Source of the DNA: Nitrospirota bacterium
Lineage (GTDB): Bacteria; Nitrospirota; UBA9217
Reading direction: 5' to 3'
DNA: 60,656 bases
Assembly: GCA_033854515.1 (NCBI GenBank)
Contig: JAWOJY010000033.1
Coordinates: 1-60,656 of the forward strand
A program made the translations under genes and the position numbers. Below, piece after piece: positions 37,875 through 47,047 of this stretch; positions within the stretch are counted from its first letter, which is position 1, and every line of letters begins with the position of its first letter. The notes under the pieces are model-generated. The model did not search any database, had not been told where the DNA came from, and saw only the letters and a program-made list of their open reading frames with translations.

Positions 37875-39350
37875 TCACACGGCCCGCTTCCTCACGCTCG
37901 TCGGGGGAATTCTGAGTTCCTCGCGGTATTTCGCCACCGTCCGCCTCGCGATGCCGATCCCCTGCGCCTTCAGGGCGTCCACAATCTGCTGGTCCTTGAG
38001 CGGGGCCGACGGGTCTTCCTCTCTGATCATCTTTTGTATGGTGTCCTTGACCGTAAGGGAGGAAATCTCGCTTCCCGTCCCCGAAGAGAAGCCGGTGGTA
38101 AAAAAGAACTTCATGGGGAAAATGCCCTGCGGCGTGTGCATGTACTTGTTCGTCGTAACGCGGCTGATCGTGGATTCGTGCATGGAAATATCTTCGGCGA
38201 CGTCTTTGAGCACCATGGGCTTGAGATGTGAGATTCCATGCTCGAGGAAATCCAGCTGGAACTTCACAATGCTCTCGGCCACCTTATAGATCGTCTTGTT
38301 TCGCTGCTCCATGCCCTTGATGAGCCACTGCGCAGACCGCATGCGCTCCTCGATATAGTCCTTGGTGGCCTTGTCGATGCTCTCTTTCCGGCTGAGGAGC
38401 TTCCTGTAATACGGGTTGATGCGCACCCGGGGGAGCCCTTCATCATTGAGCTGTATCACGTAGCGGTCCTCGACCTTGATTACGTAAACATCGGGCACAA
38501 CGTAGTACGTGTCCGGCGCGGAGTAGGGTCTGCCTGGTTTAGGCTCCAGTTCATGGATGATGAAATTTGCCGCTTCCATGACGTCCTGGAGGGTGACATT
38601 GAGCGTCTTTGCGATATTCGGGTAACGCCTCTTTTCCAGATCTGCGAGGTGGTCGCGAACGATTTTTTCGGCAAGGGATCCCTCCAGGTCGAGTTGTTTG
38701 ACCTGTATCATGAGACATTCGCGCAGGTCCCTGGCGCCGACGCCTGCGGGATCGAACCCTTGAATGAGATCGAGGGCGCGCTCCATGGCGGCCACCGGGA
38801 CGGCTGCACGCTGTGAGAGTTCATCGAGTGAGGCGCGCAGATATCCGTCGTCATCGAGGTTTCCGATGATCCATTCTCCGCTTTTGAGGAGGTCCGGTTC
38901 GGACGTGGAGAGGCGGAGCTGCCATGCCAAATGGTCGCTCAGCGACAGCCCGCGCGTGAGCGTCTGGTCGTACGAGGGCAGTTCCTTGTCGTCCGTCTCC
39001 GCCTGCCCGAAGTCCCGGCCGTCGCCGAGCTCGTTCAGGTATTCATCCCACTGAGGACCGAGATCGAGATCGCTCTTGAGTTCGGCTGACCCTTCTTCCT
39101 GCGGCGGCTCGGGAAGAGACTCAGGCGTCTCGGGAGCGTCGGGAGCATCAGAGGAGGTCTCGGACCCGCTCTCCGAAGTCTCTTCAGCAGATTCCGGAGA
39201 CAACTCTTCGAGGACGGGATTCTCCATAAGTTCCTGAGAAACGGACTGTGCGAGTTCGAGCCGCGAGAGCTGGAGCAGCTTGATAGCCTGCTGAAGCTGC
39301 GGCGTCATGATCAGTTTTTGCGACAGTTTCAGTTCAAGTCGTGCATCCAT
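37875..39350 (-). CDS. rpoN: RNA polymerase sigma-54 factor
   Basis: N-terminal Gln/Leu-rich region I, acidic region II, and a C-terminal RpoN box ARRTVAKYR. Confidence 0.95.
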   Translation of the reverse strand: MDARLELKLSQKLIMTPQLQQAIKLLQLSRLELAQSVSQELMENPVLEELSPESAEETSESGSETSSDAPDAPETPESLPEPPQEEGSAELKSDLDLGPQWDEYLNELGDGRDFGQAETDDKELPSYDQTLTRGLSLSDHLAWQLRLSTSEPDLLKSGEWIIGNLDDDGYLRASLDELSQRAAVPVAAMERALDLIQGFDPAGVGARDLRECLMIQVKQLDLEGSLAEKIVRDHLADLEKRRYPNIAKTLNVTLQDVMEAANFIIHELEPKPGRPYSAPDTYYVVPDVYVIKVEDRYVIQLNDEGLPRVRINPYYRKLLSRKESIDKATKDYIEERMRSAQWLIKGMEQRNKTIYKVAESIVKFQLDFLEHGISHLKPMVLKDVAEDISMHESTISRVTTNKYMHTPQGIFPMKFFFTTGFSSGTGSEISSLTVKDTIQKMIREEDPSAPLKDQQIVDALKAQGIGIARRTVAKYREELRIPPTSVRKRAV

Positions 39351-39428
39351 ACAGACTCATTACCGCAGAAGTCGGCGCCCGGGATTCGGCATATGCGCCT
39401 TTCGACTCCTGCCTTCCGCCTTTTAATA

Positions 39429-40151
39429 TTATAGCCGAAACGCCTCTCCGAGATAAAATTCCCTCGCTCGAGGGCTTTCGGTTATCTCCGCCGGCGTTCC
39501 CGCCTCGATAATCTTGCCTTCGCTGATGATGTATGCCCTGTCGGTTATGGCGAGTGTTTCCCGCACGTTGTGATCGGTTATGAGGATGCCGATACCCTTG
39601 CTCTTCAGGAGCGATATGATGCTCTGGATGTCCTGCACTGCGAGCGGATCGATTCCCGCAAAGGGCTCGTCAAGAAGGATGAACTTGGGCGAAAGCGTCA
39701 ATGCCCGCGCAATCTCGACTCTCCTCCGCTCCCCGCCCGACAGCGTATACGCCTTGCTGTCGGTCAGGTGGGCTACTCCAAGTTCCGAGAGGAGACTTTC
39801 CATACGCTCCCTGCGCTGGAGTGAGGAAATGCCGAGCGTCTCCAGTATGGCCATAAGGTTTTCGCCAACCGTCAGCTTTCTGAAAACCGACGGCTCCTGC
39901 GGCAGATAGCCGATGCCGTTTTTTGACCTCCGGTACATTGGCATCGTCGTGATGTCGGTTCCGTCCAGCACAACCCGGCCCTGGTCGGGCTTCACAAGGC
40001 CCACCACCATGTAAAAAGTCGTCGTCTTGCCGGCGCCGTTCGGCCCGAGAAGGCCGACGACCTCGCCGAAATTTACGTGGAAACTCACTCCCCGTACCAC
40101 TTTTCTTCCACGGTAGCTTTTCTCAAGTTTCTTTGCTTCGAGTCCCTGCAT
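39429..40151 (-). CDS. lptB: LPS export ABC transporter ATP-binding protein
   Basis: [31 protein letters not shown] and [11 protein letters not shown], immediately upstream of rpoN as in the canonical lptB-rpoN arrangement. Confidence 0.9.
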   Translation of the reverse strand: MQGLEAKKLEKSYRGRKVVRGVSFHVNFGEVVGLLGPNGAGKTTTFYMVVGLVKPDQGRVVLDGTDITTMPMYRRSKNGIGYLPQEPSVFRKLTVGENLMAILETLGISSLQRRERMESLLSELGVAHLTDSKAYTLSGGERRRVEIARALTLSPKFILLDEPFAGIDPLAVQDIQSIISLLKSKGIGILITDHNVRETLAITDRAYIISEGKIIEAGTPAEITESPRAREFYLGEAFRL

Positions 40152-40212
40152 TTTGTCCGCGACCCGCCTTTTTCGTTATCCCGTTTGTATCAATGGCCAA
40201 AAATTCCGCGCC

Positions 40213-40734
40213 TCAGCGCTCGCCTGTTTTCTTTTCTTCAGCGGGCCGATCAGGGGTCTTGTCCTGGTAAAAGAGCACTTTGCCGCCTTCGACGATACTG
40301 CGGTCATCCCGCATGAACAGAGTTATTTTTTCTCCACCGATCTGATTTTCGTTCTCAATGATCCGCGCGTCCCCCGTGAGCACGATCTTCTCTTCTCGGC
40401 TGTAATAGATCGCCCGGTTCGCAAGCGCCACCCTGCCTTCTTTGCGCACCACCACGTTGCCGAGAGCCTCGATCTCGCGTACGCCTTTCGAACGGCTGTC
40501 GTAGAAAACGATCACCGAATCGGAATAGAGCGTCATGGCTTCTTTCTTGAGGACCACGTCCCCCAAAAACGTGACCTTGTCCCCGAGCTTCTCGGCCTCC
40601 ATGCGGTCTGAGGTGATCACGATCGGTTCTTTGGCGCTGCCCAATGCAGGCCGCCCTGCGCCCGGCGCGGCAGCCCCCGTAAGCAGCATGGCCGCAATCG
40701 CCACAAGGCTATTCCTGAAGTACCGCTTTGACAT
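40213..40734 (-). CDS. lptA: LPS transport periplasmic protein LptA (OstA-like)
   Basis: ATG at 40734 with a signal peptide MSKRYFRNSLVAIAAMLLTGAAAPGA. OstA-N repeats follow (ITSDRMEAE...GNVVV..). Confidence 0.8.
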   Translation of the reverse strand: MSKRYFRNSLVAIAAMLLTGAAAPGAGRPALGSAKEPIVITSDRMEAEKLGDKVTFLGDVVLKKEAMTLYSDSVIVFYDSRSKGVREIEALGNVVVRKEGRVALANRAIYYSREEKIVLTGDARIIENENQIGGEKITLFMRDDRSIVEGGKVLFYQDKTPDRPAEEKKTGER

Positions 40735-41272
40735 TGGCCTCCACCTTGAGCTTTTGCAAGTCCATGTCGGCAAAAAAGCCGCGGCCCTCGAGATAAATTT
40801 CCCTGCCGAGCAGTTTGAAGGGGTCTGCGGTCCGAATGACCCGGTCCTGGGCCCTCCAGAAGAGCGAATTGGTCGTCAGGAGATAGCCGTCGCTCGTCAC
40901 GACTCTGACGTCCCTTGCGCCACTACGCACGGAGGCGTTTCCCGTAGAGGTGTCCATTGTGCCTGTTTCACCGAGGAGCCTCACCTCTCCTCTGCCGGGA
41001 TTATTGTAAACGATACTGATGTCTTTAAGCCGGGCTTCTTTATTTTCATACAGGTCTGCTGATGCGGCATTCATCTGCCAGGCGATGCGGCCGTCTTCGG
41101 ATTGCACAAAACTGAAGCCGTCCATACTCATGAGCAGCCTGGGCCCGGCGGCGGGACGGAGCAGGGAGGGCATGCTGATATCTGTCCCTCGAATGGCAAG
41201 ATAACCGCCATAAACACACAAACCAAAAATGAGAAGCAGCGTTAAGCCCTTGAACGATCTTTTTAATTTCAT
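40709..41272 (-). CDS. lptC: LPS export system protein LptC
   Basis: An N-terminal TM anchor plus a beta-jellyroll-like region. Its position directly upstream of lptA-lptB supports the call. Confidence 0.7.
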   Translation of the reverse strand: MKLKRSFKGLTLLLIFGLCVYGGYLAIRGTDISMPSLLRPAAGPRLLMSMDGFSFVQSEDGRIAWQMNAASADLYENKEARLKDISIVYNNPGRGEVRLLGETGTMDTSTGNASVRSGARDVRVVTSDGYLLTTNSLFWRAQDRVIRTADPFKLLGREIYLEGRGFFADMDLQKLKVEANVKAVLQE

Positions 41273-41441
41273 AAAAACCGCTTGCGTGCCGATATTTTAT
41301 ATATCATGGCAGCTTTATGCATAATTTATACCATAGGCCGCCATATATGTAAAGGACTAAAATTTTTGGGAGGGCAAAAGGAGAAAAATAAGACCGGGGA
41401 ATGCCCGTATCGTTCTGCACTCCTGCGGTACGGGAACCCAA

Positions 41442-42713
41442 TCAGGATAACTTCGCCCGAAGCGCGGTCAACTCCCGCTCTTTTTCCTGCAGAAGCTGCT
41501 CGAGCCGCGCCCTGGCCGACATATCGCGCACAACGGTCTGGACGAAATGCTTACCCATAAGCGTAAGCCGTACGGCGCTGACCTCGACGAGCACCGCTGA
41601 GCCGTCGGCCCTGCGGAGCTCACCATGCCTGAGCGACTCGCGCCCCTCGCTTGCTTCGTAGAGGACTTCCTGCGGTTGCGAGGGATCAAGGAAGAGTTCG
41701 AAAAGATTTTTATGGATGAGGTCGTACTTGGCGTAACCCGTGAGCCGGGCGGACTGTTCGTTTGCAAATACGATGTCGCCGTTTTCAGCAAGAAGAAAAA
41801 TCGATTCACAGGCGTTTTCGACGAGCGTGCGGTACCGTTCTTCCGAGGCCCGCAATTCCTCCGTTTTCTCGGCAACCCACTGTTCGAGCTCCATATTCAT
41901 CTTGCGAAGTTCACCCTGCATCTGTTCGTTCTGAATTGTGTTGGAAATAATTCCCGCGAGAGTGGTGAAAAAATTGATCTCCTCGTCGGTAAAGGACCTG
42001 GCTTTTTCGTACAGCAGTTCCATAGTACCCATGAGCGCACCGTTTGAATAAACGTAGAGCGGCAGACAATAAACCGATGTATAGCCGGAAAGGGGGAGAC
42101 CGGGAACTTCCCTGAACCGAGCGTCGCCGCGAAGGTCTCTGAGCATCACCGGTTCCAGTCTCCTCGCTACCCATCCCTCTATGCCTTCACCGAGGGGAAT
42201 ACGGGTTTTCCCCACCGCTTCCTCCAGCACGCCATTCGTTGCGGCGAGCACCAAGTCGTCTTTCTTCTTGTCATAGAGAAAAATCAGACAAAGTTCCGCC
42301 TCCATCACCCGCGCGGTGATATCGGCAACGTCCTTCATCCTTTCTTTGAACAGGCGCGGAGAATTCGCAGCGTAGTTCACATCATAGATACCGAGAAATT
42401 TTATGAACAAATCGTCCTTGGTATCAAGAAGCTCTTCCTGCTTGAGATGGAGCTCGAGATTGGCGTCTTCCAGCCTTCGATAATAGGGGAAAACCATTTT
42501 GTTGTAGATCAGATACGACAGGAGGGGGATAACGGGCAACAGCAATAAAAAGAGATAGCCCGATGCGCTGCCCCGAAAGGCGAAGTAGCCGACCGCGACG
42601 CCGATCAAAACTGCGGCCGTAAATACCAGCGCCATTAAAAAAAACACAGTGCTCTTTTTGCTTTCAGAACTGCTGTTCGGCATTCTTCCTTCCCTCCATC
42701 TATTGTCGACCAT
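41442..42713 (-). CDS. Membrane-anchored GAF-PAS sensor protein with no recognisable output domain
   Basis: Two N-terminal TM helices, a GAF-like core (LIFLYDKKKDDLVLAATNG...GEGIEGWVA), a coiled coil, a PAS domain (SEERYRTLVENACESIFLLAENGDIVFANEQSARLTGY) and a coiled-coil end. No HisKA/HATPase, GGDEF, EAL or HTH domain is visible. Confidence 0.7.
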   Translation of the reverse strand: MVDNRWREGRMPNSSSESKKSTVFFLMALVFTAAVLIGVAVGYFAFRGSASGYLFLLLLPVIPLLSYLIYNKMVFPYYRRLEDANLELHLKQEELLDTKDDLFIKFLGIYDVNYAANSPRLFKERMKDVADITARVMEAELCLIFLYDKKKDDLVLAATNGVLEEAVGKTRIPLGEGIEGWVARRLEPVMLRDLRGDARFREVPGLPLSGYTSVYCLPLYVYSNGALMGTMELLYEKARSFTDEEINFFTTLAGIISNTIQNEQMQGELRKMNMELEQWVAEKTEELRASEERYRTLVENACESIFLLAENGDIVFANEQSARLTGYAKYDLIHKNLFELFLDPSQPQEVLYEASEGRESLRHGELRRADGSAVLVEVSAVRLTLMGKHFVQTVVRDMSARARLEQLLQEKERELTALRAKLS

Positions 42714-42726
42714 GACATGGTCACGG

Positions 42727-43557
42727 CTATGCGCGCATAAAACGTATCAGGTCGTTTACCGCCTGGTCCACGGTTGTGGGGGTCTCCACCGGCATGCCCC
42801 GTTCCCTGAGCTTGAGAAAAAGCTCCGTGAGCAGAGGCGGATCGATATTCGACGCCCTGAGCGCCTCGGCCTGCATGAAGATTTCAGAGGGAGTGCCTGC
42901 GGAAACGACGCCGTGCCCCTTCGACAGCACATACACGCGGTCGGCAAAGCTGCCGACCAGATTCAGATCGTGGGTGGACATGACTATGGTCACGCCTTCC
43001 TTATGATGCCTGTTCAAGAGCGCCACAAGCTCGGCCCGGGACCGCGTATCGAGCCCCTCAAAGGGTTCATCGAGGATCAAAAGCTCGGGGCGCATGACGA
43101 GGGCGCCGGCAAGAGCCACCTTTCTTTTTTCCCCTCCGGACAAATAGTGGCATATTTTGTCACGGAGGTTGGAAATCCCGAGTTCAGACATGACCAGTTC
43201 CACCGTCCGGCCGATCTCTTCTCTGGTATAGCCGGAATTACGGGGAGAAAAGGAGATGTCCTCCCATACTGTGGGAGACAGGATTTGCTCGTCCACGTTC
43301 TGAAGGAGCACGCCGATGCGCTCCCGGATGGCATTGTACTGTAACGCGGGATTCACGCCGAATACCGTTACTTTCCCCTCATCCGGTTTGAGCAAGCCGA
43401 GGATATGAAACAGCAGCGTGGTCTTGCCCGAGCCGTTGCCCCCGAGGATCGCCACCCGTTCGCCCCGGTTCACCACAAAATCCAGGCCGCAGATATGTAT
43501 CTCCGTGGTGTCGGGGTACACGTGTTTGAGGCAACTGACGGTTACGATCGTTTCCAT
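42727..43557 (-). CDS. cbiO: ECF-type cobalt/nickel transporter ATPase
   Basis: Walker A GGNGSGKTT, signature LSGGEKRKVALAGAL and Walker B LILDEPFEGLD. Confidence 0.85.
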   Translation of the reverse strand: METIVTVSCLKHVYPDTTEIHICGLDFVVNRGERVAILGGNGSGKTTLLFHILGLLKPDEGKVTVFGVNPALQYNAIRERIGVLLQNVDEQILSPTVWEDISFSPRNSGYTREEIGRTVELVMSELGISNLRDKICHYLSGGEKRKVALAGALVMRPELLILDEPFEGLDTRSRAELVALLNRHHKEGVTIVMSTHDLNLVGSFADRVYVLSKGHGVVSAGTPSEIFMQAEALRASNIDPPLLTELFLKLRERGMPVETPTTVDQAVNDLIRFMRA

Positions 43558-43570
43558 AAAATACGCTCAG

Positions 43571-43588
43571 TATTATCTCTATTATCTC
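43571..43588. repeat. Tandem 9-nt repeat (x2) in the cbiQ-cbiO spacer
   Basis: TATTATCTC TATTATCTC is followed by TCTGTCTGTCTTCCGTCTT. The stretch is purine-rich on the coding strand, 14-31 nt upstream of the cbiO ATG (43557). Confidence 0.7.
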
Positions 43589-43605
43589 TCTGTCTGTCTT
43601 CCGTC

Positions 43606-44310
43606 TTATTTCCACAAAATTACGAGCATTAAAACGAAAACGCCTGCGCCGAGCGGGAGCCAGTCCGGGCCGCGGAAGCCTTCTGCGCGGGTCTCCGCCA
43701 TCTTGCCGCTATAACCGCGCACCGCCATGACCGCATAGAGGCGGGTGGCCCGCTCCACGGCCCTCACGAGCAGCATGCCGATGCCTTTCGAAATATTGGC
43801 GCTGTTCTTGTACAGGCTCCCCGGTGAGAATCCGCCGCGAAGACGTATGGCAGCGATAAAATTGTCCATCATGTCAAGAAGGATGAAAAACGTCCTGTAG
43901 GTCATGTACAGGCCGGCGGCCAGAATCTCGGGAAGCAGTGCGCTGATAAGCGAAAATATTTTCGGGTACGGCGTGCTTACAATGAGCGTGAGCATTGCAT
44001 ACGCCGGCGTTATTGCTTTCAAGATCATGAGGGCATACATCCATGCCCCGCCCCGGAGGCTTATGCCGTACAAAACCGCAAACAACGCCGCGTAGAAAGA
44101 AAGCGCCACCATTCTGAGCCAGGGAAGCCCTGCCGCTGCGGCCGCCGCAAGAAGGAGAAGGTAACCTGCAGCGAGGGGAGCGGGGTGCCTCGCCGTAACC
44201 GCAGCCGCCACCACGAGGAGCAGGAACAGGATTTTGGAGAGCGTCGATGCCCGGTGAAGGGGCCCCGATCCGCTTGCCGCCCAATGGTCGATCCTCGCGA
44301 CGTCAATCAC
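43606..44310 (-). CDS. cbiQ: ECF transporter transmembrane (T) component
   Basis: 234 aa and polytopic, with an ARG-type coupling-helix region (AIRLRGG.., VRGY). 4-nt overlap with cbiM. Confidence 0.8.
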   Translation of the reverse strand: MIDVARIDHWAASGSGPLHRASTLSKILFLLLVVAAAVTARHPAPLAAGYLLLLAAAAAAGLPWLRMVALSFYAALFAVLYGISLRGGAWMYALMILKAITPAYAMLTLIVSTPYPKIFSLISALLPEILAAGLYMTYRTFFILLDMMDNFIAAIRLRGGFSPGSLYKNSANISKGIGMLLVRAVERATRLYAVMAVRGYSGKMAETRAEGFRGPDWLPLGAGVFVLMLVILWK

Positions 44311-45017
44311 TGCGTTCCCTCACGCGGCCCGCCTTGCGCCTTGTTACCGTGCAGAACGTGCACGAGGAGGTCGGGTTTCACCTGGGAGATGAACCTTACC
44401 ACGGCGCCTGTAATTGCTGCCTCTACGATCCAGCCGATCGAGCCGAGAGATAATGCCATTATCGCGAATGTCGATACCGAAATCTGCCCCTTAAATGCCG
44501 CCCCGTGCTCCGCGGCATGGGTAAAGAATTCCGGATTTAAATCTGACGCCGCCACGATGCCGATCAGCATAATCGTCGTCACGAACAGCGTGATCACCGT
44601 AGCTGCGGCAGCGCGCCAGAACACGGGGAGAATCTTCTTGAACAGGTAAAACAGCGTGTGTCCGAGCACGGCTTCTGACCCAAGGAGAATTGTATTGAGC
44701 CCGATTACGGTAATTCCGCCGTGACCGACGAGCGCCAGGATCAGGTTTGCGATGAATGCCGCGACAAATCCCAGGGCAGGGCCGAGAAGTATGCCTGCAA
44801 CGACCGAAAGGTTTATATGGTACGCAATGGGCAGAATCTCCAGGCTCATGGCCACGAGCATGGCAGCGGAGACCGCGCCGAGGAGCGGGATCTTCTTTTT
44901 CATGTCCATGCTCCTCAGCCGGAAAAGACCGATGCCCAAGGCGATGGCCATGACGATGAAGCCCGACACCCAGAGCCAGACAGGCAGGATCCCGTCGGGG
45001 ATATGCATGTGTGTCAT
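44307..45017 (-). CDS. cbiM: ECF transporter substrate-capture component, CbiM/NikM family
   Basis: Contains the conserved N-terminal MHIPDGILP. Candidate ATGs are at 45017 (MTHMHIPDG, AGGAGAG 13 nt upstream) and 45008 (MHIPDG); the ORF track extends to 45083. Confidence 0.8.
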   Translation of the reverse strand: MTHMHIPDGILPVWLWVSGFIVMAIALGIGLFRLRSMDMKKKIPLLGAVSAAMLVAMSLEILPIAYHINLSVVAGILLGPALGFVAAFIANLILALVGHGGITVIGLNTILLGSEAVLGHTLFYLFKKILPVFWRAAAATVITLFVTTIMLIGIVAASDLNPEFFTHAAEHGAAFKGQISVSTFAIMALSLGSIGWIVEAAITGAVVRFISQVKPDLLVHVLHGNKAQGGPREGTQ

Positions 45018-45180
45018 ATGTTTACCCGTTCTCTCCTGGCCCGGACGGTCCCGCAGAAGGTGGGACAAGCCGGAACAGATCAAGCTGATGGCTCATGGAC
45101 CAAAATTCGCGAATTTTAGAGAAAAATCTGTCAACTATGACCCGCGGGCTGACTCGCTGATATCTGCCACCTGCCGGTGA

Positions 45181-45576
45181 CTATCTGTCCCCCGCGTTGT
45201 CTTTTTTGACTCTCTTGATAAAGACCACCTTCCCATCGCCGCCGACGAAAAGGTTCAACAGCCAGCTGATGATACTGATAAGAAGGGCGCCGAAGAAGGC
45301 TGCGCCGAACGATTCAATTGCGAAACCCGGGACCAGGTCGGCGACAAGCTCGAGCAGGACCGCGTTGATCACGAGGGTAAAGAGCCCGAGCGTCAGAATA
45401 TTGATCGGGAGCGTCAGGACCAGCACGATAGGCCTGATCACGGCATTCACCAGTCCGAGGATGCCCGCCGCGATGACCCCGGTTTCGATACTCTGTATCC
45501 GTATTCCTTTTATCAATATGGCGGCGACCACAAGGGCCAGAAGATTGATCGACCAGCGCACAAGAAAACCGAACAT
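45181..45576 (-). CDS. DUF360 / phage-holin-family-4-like membrane protein
   Basis: ATG at 45576 follows GGAGG. MFGFLVRWSINLLALVVAAILIKGIRI...AVIRPIVLVLTLPINILTLGLFTLVINA is typical of this family. Confidence 0.65.
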   Translation of the reverse strand: MFGFLVRWSINLLALVVAAILIKGIRIQSIETGVIAAGILGLVNAVIRPIVLVLTLPINILTLGLFTLVINAVLLELVADLVPGFAIESFGAAFFGALLISIISWLLNLFVGGDGKVVFIKRVKKDNAGDR

Positions 45577-45770
45577 TGTACCTCCAAAACAAAAAAATCT
45601 TAGCATACTTCTCCCGCCTTTGCAACAGGGGAATGGACGCCATGTTGTCATTTTATTCATGAAGCGATGACGCAGGACCTGCTCAACAGATTCATGACAT
45701 CACGCATAGTATGCAGGATCAATTTTTATCATGAAAGGCCGGCCGTGCGTGCCGGTTTTCAAGAAACCAT

Positions 45771-45800
45771 TTGACTTTGACCGGGTTGTGTGCTAAAAAT
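45771..45800 (+). promoter_or_regulatory. Candidate sigma-70 promoter for aspC
   Basis: TTGACT (45771-45776), a 17-18-nt spacer, then TAAAAAT (45794-45800), about 55 nt upstream of the ATG at 45854. Confidence 0.35.
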
Positions 45801-45853
45801 TCAAGCACTTATACGAAAGTACCAACACATCAAAGAAAGGGTTGACCGTAAGA

Positions 45854-47047
45854 ATGGGTATTGCAAAAAGAGCATCAGCGATCAAGCCGTCCCCTACCCT
45901 GGCAACAGCCGCGAAGGCCAAGGCCATGAAAGCCCAGGGCATCGACGTGGTGGATTTCGGCGTGGGCGAGCCCGACTTCGACACACCGGACAATGTAAAA
46001 GAGGCCGCCAAAAGAGCGATCCAGTCGGGATTCACGAAGTACACGCCGGCTTCGGGTACTGACGAGCTCAAGGAAGCGGTAATCGAAAAATTCAAAAAAG
46101 ACAACGGCCTTCAGTACGAAAAGTCCCAGATACTCGTCTCCTGCGGCGCAAAACACAGCCTGTACAACGTTGCTGAAGCCCTTTTCGACCCCGGTGACGA
46201 GGTGATCATCCCCTCTCCATACTGGGTCTCCTATCCCGATCAGGTATTGCTGAACGACGCAAAACCGGTCATCGTTGAGACGACCGAGGCAGAAGGGTTC
46301 AAACTTTCCGCGCGGAAACTCGAAAAAGCGGTGACTAAGAAAACCAAGGCCCTGGTGCTGAACAGCCCTTCAAACCCGACCGGCCTGGCCTATGACAGGA
46401 AGACCCTCGAAGAAATCGCGGCAATCGCCGTGAAGCACGGGTTCTACGTTATCTCCGACGAAATCTACGAGAAACTCCTCTACGACGGCTTCACACACGT
46501 CAGCATCGCCTCGCTCGGCCCCAAGATCAAGGATTTGACCATAGTGGTAAACGGCGTTTCCAAGTCCCACGCCATGACCGGATGGCGCATAGGATATGCA
46601 GCCGGGCCCAAGGACGTCATCACCGCCATGGCCAACATCCAGAGTCAGAGCACGTCGAACCCCGCGTCCATCTCCCAGAAGGCGGCGGTCGAAGCTCTCA
46701 GGGGACCGCAGGACTTTATCAGGATCATGAACGTCGAGTTCGACAAGAGAAGAAAGTTCATGGTAGAACGGCTGAACAGGATCAAAGGCTTTTCCTGTCT
46801 CATGCCCGTTGGTGCCTTCTATGCGTTCCCCAGGGTTTCAGCCCTCTACGGCAAAAGCGCCGGCGGGAAAACGATCAGGAATTCATCGGACTTCGCTGCA
46901 TTTCTGGTTGAAGAAGCAAAGGTCGCGCTCGTCTCGGGCGATGCTTTCGGGGCTGACGCCCATATCCGTCTTTCCTACGCAACGTCCATGGAAATCATTG
47001 AGAAAGGCTTGAACAGGATTGAAGAAGCAGTGAAGAGGCTGCACTGA
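45854..47047 (+). CDS. aspC: Aspartate/aromatic aminotransferase (class I PLP enzyme)
   Basis: ATG at 45854. KPSPTLATAAKAKAMKAQGIDVVDFGVGEPDF, SPSNPTG and the PLP-Lys motif SKSHAMTGWRIGY. Confidence 0.85.
   Translation: MGIAKRASAIKPSPTLATAAKAKAMKAQGIDVVDFGVGEPDFDTPDNVKEAAKRAIQSGFTKYTPASGTDELKEAVIEKFKKDNGLQYEKSQILVSCGAKHSLYNVAEALFDPGDEVIIPSPYWVSYPDQVLLNDAKPVIVETTEAEGFKLSARKLEKAVTKKTKALVLNSPSNPTGLAYDRKTLEEIAAIAVKHGFYVISDEIYEKLLYDGFTHVSIASLGPKIKDLTIVVNGVSKSHAMTGWRIGYAAGPKDVITAMANIQSQSTSNPASISQKAAVEALRGPQDFIRIMNVEFDKRRKFMVERLNRIKGFSCLMPVGAFYAFPRVSALYGKSAGGKTIRNSSDFAAFLVEEAKVALVSGDAFGADAHIRLSYATSMEIIEKGLNRIEEAVKRLH

Noticed and set aside
45018-45180. Expected cobalamin riboswitch upstream of cbiM
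   Set aside because: I looked for the conserved core (GGGAA..GGTG.AA.TCC..GCCCCCGC.ACTG and the B12 box). Only loose resemblances are present (GGTGGCAGATATC..GCCCGCGGGTCATAGT) and the spacing is wrong. A covariance-model scan of 45009-45260 would settle it.
45737-45760. GC-rich hairpin plus T-run (CCGGC CGTGCGT GCCGG TTTTC) between the divergent DUF360 and aspC genes
   Set aside because: It looks terminator-like on the plus strand, but no upstream plus-strand gene or convincing promoter exists. The stem is only 5 bp. It is probably fortuitous or part of the aspC regulatory region.
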